From Eledone cirrhosa (Eukaryota), in assembly GCA_964016885.1 (NCBI GenBank), contig OZ024740.1, forward strand, positions 294,500,001 to 294,564,000: DNA of 64,000 bases. The letters are read 5' to 3'. Below the pieces are notes generated by a model. It was not told the origin of the DNA, ran no database searches, and saw nothing but the letters and a program-made list of their open reading frames with translations. Positions 57,149 through 64,000 of the stretch are shown piece by piece. Numbering within the stretch: the stretch's first letter is position 1; every line of letters begins with the position of its first letter. The translations under genes were made by a program, and so were the position numbers.

Positions 57149-58069
57149 CTCTCTAGCATAGTTATACTTTGCTTTCAGAATTAACCGAAAAAGCCTGGTT
57201 TTATTATCTTCCTCAAAGGGCATCTCTCCACTGAGTAAGATGAAAGTGATAACCCCAACTGCCCAAAGGTCTACCTGAGAAGTATACGGCTTACGAGCCA
57301 AAATTTCAGGTGCGATGTATTCCGGAGTTCCACAAGCCGTATTCATCCAATTATCAGGACCTTTACGCGTTGCGGATAGCCCAAAGTCTGTAATCATGAT
57401 TTTGGAATCGTTTCCAGGATGATAATAAAGCAAGTTCTCCGGTTTAAGGTCCCTGTGGGTTATTCCAAGACTGTGCAAATAACGCACCCCTTCAAAAACC
57501 ATCTTTAAAACAGTTATAGCATCTACTTCGGAAAAATATCCTTTTCCGATAATTCTATCCAACAGGTCTCCGCCCGTAGCCAGTTCCATTACCATATAAA
57601 CTTTCTGCTTGCATTCGAAAACTTCAACAAGTTGTATTATATTAGGATGTTTAACTCGGCGTAAAACATTAAGTTCTGACTCAAATACTTCCCGTCCTTC
57701 TGTCCGATTAATCATTTTGATAGCATAGGGCTGTTTTGTAATTTTATGTTCAACACGAACAATTTTACTGAAGCTCCCTCTGCCAATAAGTGCTTTTATA
57801 TCATATTTAGCGGTCACTCGATTGTCGAAAGTGGCCATATATTTCTCCACTCTTTTATTATGTCGAGGTGTGTCTTGGATATTGTTGCCGGATTGTTGTT
57901 GCTGAGAATGTTGCCACTGTTGGTTTCCACATTTCTTTTCTTTAGGTTTATGGTGGTTTGTAGAGTTCGGATTGTTTTTGTAAATATTCTGTGGGCCATG
58001 GTACACAAGATTAAGATATCGTTGACTTGGTGGAGATTCCGGCACCAGTTTGGTGTTTAAACAGCCCAT
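57149..58069 (-). CDS. PSKH1: Serine/threonine-protein kinase H1-like (CAMK group), first coding exon (307 codons), ending at a GAG|gtaatg donor
   Basis: N-terminal MGC acylation motif; FDNRVTAKYDIKALIGRGSFS, YAIK, ELATGG, HRDLKPEN, DFG and CGTPEYIAPE; kinase similarity ends at AKYNYARE, where a GT donor sits, and subdomain XI is missing. Confidence 0.93.
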
Positions 58070-58800
58070 TGCCGGTGGAAAATATCACCAGCTGAGTCTT
58101 TCATCCCCTTCCAACATAGCAAGGGATCCAAGTAATACATCGAAACACCTAACAGTTTGGATTCGTTTTTAGGGGTTTATTTCGCTACGGAGCCGCGCAG
58201 TAAAACTACCTTAGTTATAAGAATAGACCTAACAACTACTCTAATTCCGTCTTCAAAGAAGATAGTGCGCTGATATATAGCCTAATGTAGACCAAACAAC
58301 TATTAATTTAGCTTCGATTAAATAATATGTGATAATATTGTAAATAATAAATCCATTCTTTTAGAAAGTGAACATTTTTTTCTTCGAAATGTTATCTGAC
58401 ATATTAAAGAAGATGATTAGCGAATATTATGACATTTATGTTAGGGCGTAGTAATATAGCAACTTTGGAATACAGAAGAAATCGTGCGCGAAAGTTTGAA
58501 AACTATATTAAACGGGAAAAGAAATTACTGAAGATCCTCTGTAATTATATAAATTATATAAGTTATTAGACAATAAAGAGAATAGAAACAACACTCCATA
58601 ATTGTTTCACGTGAAATCTTGCACTATGTTTTTTATAAGTTTTTCTTTCCCATATTTCTAGTGGAATCGACAGAGTTTGACCTAATTTCGTCTTATTACC
58701 ATTTCTAATGTCGACGGTACTAAAGTAATATAGGGGTTAACAATGAGAAGAACAAGAAGAATTGTATGATTTCATTGGTTGTTTCGAAAACATATGTCTA
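58070..58800 (-). promoter_or_regulatory. Putative 5' UTR/promoter of the PSKH1-like gene, with a palindromic E-box tttcacgtgaaa at 58605-58616
   Basis: Transposon-free, relatively CpG-retaining sequence upstream of the ATG; motif presence only, no transcription start evidence. Confidence 0.35.
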
Positions 58801-59776
58801 AAGTGACAACAAGTAGTATGCTTGGAATGTGATGCTAACACTCCTCTTCCTAACTTGTCTTAGAAGTAGCTTTCCAACCATTGTTTATTCAAGAAATGAC
58901 TATTATCTTGCTTCTTTCTATTCTACACACTAACTGTATTGATGAGTAACTAGTTATAAAACTTAGTACTTTAAACTGTTTTCTTTTTGGCTTTTTTTTT
59001 TTATTCAATTTGTTTTAGTTTATTTTCTAATTCTTATATTCAAAAGAATTCTGATTAAAGCAATTTCCAATGTATGAATAATAAAGTAATAATCAAACAG
59101 TCTGAAAAATATATAATTTAGTTCAGAGACTGGAACAGAATTTTCTAGCAACTTATGTTTTCATTAAAAAAATCATGAGTTAAATTGAACATCTGTTAAG
59201 TGCTTTTAATTCCAACTTTTCCATTTAAAACACATTTCTGTTGTTTTTTTACTTTTATATTTTTCTCTTCGTGTGTTAGCTGATGTAGAATGTGTACCAT
59301 TTTTCAATTCTCAGTGAAAACCATTTCATTTATATTGCTAACCTCCCATTTTTCTGTCTTATCTTTATATGTCTGTGATGCTCTATATTTTTTCTTTCTA
59401 CAATTTATAGAATAAAATTTCAATGCACTTAGTTTGTAAAGTCTTGAATTAAAAGAACTGAAGAATTAATCTATCCAAGGGTTTGACCTCACTCAATATT
59501 GCAGAAAAATAAGATTATAAATCCCTTGACTGGTTTAACACTAGAAAGAGTCCCAAATCAGAAAATAGATTTACTTTAAAAGTTTTCTATTCAATTGTTC
59601 TTGTTTTTGTTGTGGTAGTTTTACTTTTGAGTCAATTCTATATCAACTTATAAAGTTGTTGTTTTTAAGTTGGAAAATTTTTGTGATTTTTATAGTATCA
59701 AGCTCCAACCAACTCCTTGGGGTGTGAGTGCTAATATATCTTTAATTAGTTTCCCAAATGAAGTATTTCTACTTAA

Positions 59777-60005
59777 CCCTTTTGATACCAACCTCTCCCA
59801 AATTGCCTCTCAAATAAAACCACCCATTTCAAAAAGTTTCTACTTCATTTGAAACTTTTCAGCATATTTTGATACAAGAACGTTTTGTTAAATACAAATA
59901 CTATGTTAATATTGAAATAACTAATAATTTTAGTAAACCTCTCCAAATTCTTCATGAATTAATTCAAGTACATTATATTTCATTAGAAATATGGAAACGA
60001 AAGGG
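59777..60005. mobile_element. TTAA MITE family 2
   Basis: ttaa|cccttttgataccaac ... gaaatatggaaacgaaaggg. Confidence 0.75.
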
Positions 60006-60513
60006 TTGTATGCCCAAAGGCTCAGCACTGAACCTGCAACATCTTATATGTACTTATATGCCAACAATTATTCCCACCAGATCTTGGCACTTTATAATGT
60101 ATAGTATTATTTCCAGTGATTCAGTTGGGAGTATACTTGGCAATGATCCATTCCCAACTCTTTGTAGTGCACTGTTCCACTTAGAATTTCACATAGTTTC
60201 ATAGACAGATTCTAATCCCATGCAATGATGAGGAACCCTCAATATCTATTTTTAGACAATAACCCCTGAACCATTTGATGCTTGCTCACAGATTTACAAC
60301 AGTTATATTTAATCTTAGAGGAAACTAGTTATCAAAATGTTTACTTTTCTTTCTGTATCTTTGCTCTATGTTTTGTCTTATAAATGCTGTTCTTCACATC
60401 AAGTCCTGATTTATCTCTAGCCTCTGTATAATTTCAATTTATATCTTCAGCTTTTATCCCACTCCACCCACTTTTGAGACTAGCTTTTTGCCTTTCATTA
60501 TTTTGCTGTAGTT

Positions 60514-60598
60514 TGCCTTTCATCCTTACGGGGTCGATAAAATAAAGTACCAGTAATGCACTGAGTAATTTGCTGGCCTTGTGCCTAAAATAGAAACA
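60514..60598 (+). mobile_element. 5'-truncated SINE A with 17-bp TSD
   Basis: TSD attattttgctgtagtt at 60497-60513 and 60599-60615. Confidence 0.85.
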
Positions 60599-60667
60599 AT
60601 TATTTTGCTGTAGTTATTGATGACATTGATATTTGTTTTATAATAAATTATGATCTAGTATACATAC

Positions 60668-61050
60668 CATCATCATCATTTTTGTGTGCTGGTTGCATAG
60701 TTTGCCATGACTCTCCTTCTCCGTCCATCTTGATCGTCCATTGCTCATAGCAGGTCCTCCAGACTGTTCTATGAGGTTTGCCTACATTGGAGTGCCCATG
60801 CTTTGATGTCCATAACAACACATCCCTGACAATTTCTTTCTGTTGTCCAGCAGTGTCCCACAAATCTAGTTCATCTCTCTTGGATGGTTTGATAGATTGC
60901 AGATAGATGGTTGTAAAGTTGCTTTTTTTGTAAGGTACTTTTACCAGGATATGTTTAAAGCTGCTCTGAACATTTTTGTATACGTTCTATGAAGTTTCCT
61001 CTCGAGTTACTTAGTGAGTGTCCATGTAGTACACTAAAACAGCATGACTG
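60668..61050 (-). pseudogene. Decayed 3' end of a second RTE-type LINE family
   Basis: DVLLWTSKHGHSNVGKP-like C-terminus followed by a (GAT)n tail. Confidence 0.6.
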
Positions 61051-61120
61051 ATTCAATGTCACTTCTGGATCATATTTACACTTATGAGATTTACAAACTA
61101 TATGCTTTCCTTTAGTTTAA

Positions 61121-61343
61121 CCCTTTTTGTACCATATTTCTACTGCCTTATGATGATGTGCAGATCATTTTTTTAATAATCAACAATTTGGAGGAATTTC
61201 TTTAGCTGATGTTTAGAATTTGGCTTAACAAAAGTTCTTACATAAAATTATGATAGGTTTTCAGATAAATATAAAAATTTTAAGACAAACAGCTTAGATT
61301 AGTAGAACTAGGGCCAGATTCAGGTAGATTGGTATCAAAAGGG
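61121..61343. mobile_element. TTAA MITE family 2
   Basis: ttaa|ccctttttgtaccatatttc ... ttggtatcaaaaggg|ttaa. Confidence 0.8.
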
Positions 61344-61799
61344 TTAAAATGTAAAATTATTAGACTGACAACTAATGGTTTTAGGTCTTTTATTTTACTT
61401 TACATATCAAATTTAATATTTACATATATGTGTATCTATATCTATATACTATATGAAAAGCAAGTTTGTTTGTTGACTAGGATTTACGCAAACTCCTGAA
61501 TACTTTGTTAATAATTAAAGTATTGATTTGAACCGCTCTCTCAAGATCTACATCACCATCTCTTTCGTTTTTTCTTTCAATATATCATTTAATTTTAATC
61601 AATTTTTTCGATATTTTTACATTTTTTTTCAATAAAATTAGTAAAATGTAAGGGAGCCTACTCTTACATTATTTAAGATTGATTACAAAATTTGCTAATA
61701 ACTGTTATATACACATTGATTCATACATGTGTGTATATACATATATATTTATACATGTGTGTATACATATATATATTTATACATGTATATATTTAATTT

Positions 61800-62714
61800 T
61801 GTAAATTCTCAGGGAGATCCAGCATATGTACACTTAAGTGTAATTCTCAGGGAGATTCAGCATCATCATCATCATCTTCGTTTAACGTCCATTTTCCACG
61901 CTAGCATGGGTTCAGGGAGATTCAGCATATGTACACTTAAGTGTAATTCTCAGGGAAATTCAGCATGTGTACACTTAAATGTAATTCTCAGGGAGACTCA
62001 GCATGTGTACACTTAAATGTAATTCTCAGGGAGATTCAGCATCATCATCATCATCTTCGTTTAACGTCCATTTTCCACGCTAGCATGGGTTCAGGGAGAT
62101 TCAGCATATGTACACTTAAGTGTAATTCTCAGGGAGATTCAGCATGTGTACACTTAAATGTAATTCTCAGGGAGATTCAGCATGTGTACACTTAAATGTA
62201 ATTCTCAGGGAGATTCAGCATGTGTACACTTAAATGTAATTCTCAGGGAGATTCAGCATGTGTACCCTTACATGTAATTCTCAGGGAGATTCAGCATGTG
62301 TACCCTTACATGTAATTCTCAGGGAGATTCAGCATGTGTACACTTAAATGTAATTCTCAGGGAGATTCAGCATGTGTACACTTAAATGTAATTCTCAGGG
62401 AGATTCAGCATGTGTACACTTAAATGTAATTCTCAGGGAGATTCAGCATGTGTACCCTTACATGTAATTCTCAGGGAGATTCAGCATGTGTACACTTAAA
62501 TGTAATTCTCAGGGAGATTCAGCATGTGTACCCTTACATGTAATTCTCAGGGAGATTCAGCATGTGTACACTTAAATGTAATTCTCAGGGAGATTCAGCA
62601 TGTGTACCCTTACATGTAATTCTCAGGGAGATTCAGCATGTGTACACTTAAATGTAATTCTCAGGGACATTCAGCATGTGTACCCTTACATGTAATTCTC
62701 AGGGACATTCAGCA
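61800..62714 (+). repeat. 38-bp satellite array (~20 units plus two RTE-tail inserts)
   Basis: Unit aattctcagggagattcagcatgtgtacacttaaatgt. Confidence 0.95.
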
Positions 62715-62895
62715 AGACACATTGTTTGACAAGGCTGAATATTTCACACAAAGACATAACCAAAAAAGGACATGAATGAACAACATATAGGAGGGGAATT
62801 ATACATTTTTAATGATTAATTTACACTATTTGCCAGTAACTGTTATATACATATATTGATTAATACATGTGTGTATTCACATATATATTTATACA

Positions 62896-63300
62896 CTGAG
62901 AATTACATTTAAGCATACATATGCTGAATCTCCCTGAGAATTACATTTAAGTGTACACATGCTGAATCTCCCTGAGAATTACATTTAAGTGTACACATGC
63001 TGAATCTCCCTGAGTATTACATTTAAGTGTACACATGCTGAATCTCCCTGAGAATTACATTTAAGTGTACACATGCTGAATCTCCCTGAGTATTACATTT
63101 AAGCGTACATATGCTGAATCTCCCTGAGAATTACATTTAAGTGTACACATGCTGAATCTCCCTGAGAATTACATTTAAGTGTACACATGCTGAATCTCCC
63201 TGAGAATTACATTTAAGTGTACACATGCTGAATCTCTCTGAGAATTACATTTATGTGTACATATGGTGAATCTCCCTGAGAATTACATTTAAGCGTACAC
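62896..63300 (-). repeat. Same 38-bp satellite in inverted orientation (~10 units)
   Basis: acatttaagtgtacacatgctgaatctccctgagaatt is the reverse complement of the unit. Confidence 0.95.
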
Positions 63301-63500
63301 AAGCTATCAATTTTCATATGAAGTATATTTAAATGTGTGACGCCTGAACGATTATCCTCCACCTCTAACTAACTTACACTCCACCTCTGGGTCCTGAACG
63401 ACAGGATTGAGAATACATGGCCCCAAAGGATGGTAAGGGAGACTCACTGGAACAGCCAGTGAAACTTAATTTTTCATTGTTACATTTTTGAGGTCTTTAA

Positions 63501-63749
63501 TCCTTTTGAAACCAACCAGCGTGAAACCACCTCTGGTGCCATGATACAATACTACTCATTTTAAAATGTTTATATTTATCTAAAAAAAAACTTCTGTTAT
63601 AATTTTATGCAAGAATCATGTTCCAGGCAGAAACTTAACAATGAGAAAGTTTGTTATATTATTAGAGCTTTCCAAATTGTTGATTATTTTCAAAATGATT
63701 TTGAAAATCAAATGCCATATCTTTTATTTAAAATATGGGAAGGAGAGGG
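63501..63749. mobile_element. TTAA MITE family 2, degenerate
   Basis: ttaa|tccttttgaaaccaacc ... aaatatgggaaggagaggg|ttaa. Confidence 0.7.
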
Positions 63750-64000
63750 TTAATTTTGTGGATTGACTGCAATAAATATGATTGAAAGTGATTCAGCAAT
63801 GACTGTCACAGCTATTGTTTCAGGGAGTTTATTTATGATTACCTTTTTTAAAGGCAGTAGGTTGTGATTTGAGGAAGATTTGACTGATATTTCTAGATAT
63901 CGAATCTATGAAATTTTGATATCAAATATTTTGAGAACAATACCTTAATGCTGGATGAGCAGCCAGTTATGGCTGGTTTGAACAGAAAGAGGTGAGAGAA

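Noticed and set aside
57746-58060. Plus-strand 104-aa ORF
   Set aside because: Antisense shadow of the kinase exon
61800-63300. CRISPR-like array (38-bp repeats with occasional inserts)
   Set aside because: Units are head-to-tail with no unique spacers, the two inserts are identical RTE tails, there are no cas genes, and the context is eukaryotic

Overview
AT-rich animal genomic DNA with no prokaryotic features. The SINE, RTE-LINE and mariner repertoire resembles that of octopus or other coleoid cephalopods (inference from recall, not verified). There is one clear host gene: the first coding exon of a PSKH1-like CAMK Ser/Thr kinase (minus strand, 57149-58069). Its C-terminal exon was not found, so much of the window may be its intron. 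The rest is repeat-derived: a ~14.4-kb (TA)n/TACA expanse (28.8-43.2 kb) containing a 5'-truncated RTE LINE and rearranged pieces of it, tRNA-type SINEs with clean target-site duplications (TSDs), TTAA-, TA- and 8-bp-TSD MITEs, a mariner fossil, minisatellites and a 200-N gap. The main unexplained pattern is a dense set of local inverted duplications and palindromes, mostly adjoining (TA)n runs. These include a 52-bp perfect palindrome built from the 3' half of a hammerhead-ribozyme-like motif and a foldback pair of 38-bp satellite arrays. Coordinates were counted by eye, and degenerate element boundaries are approximate.
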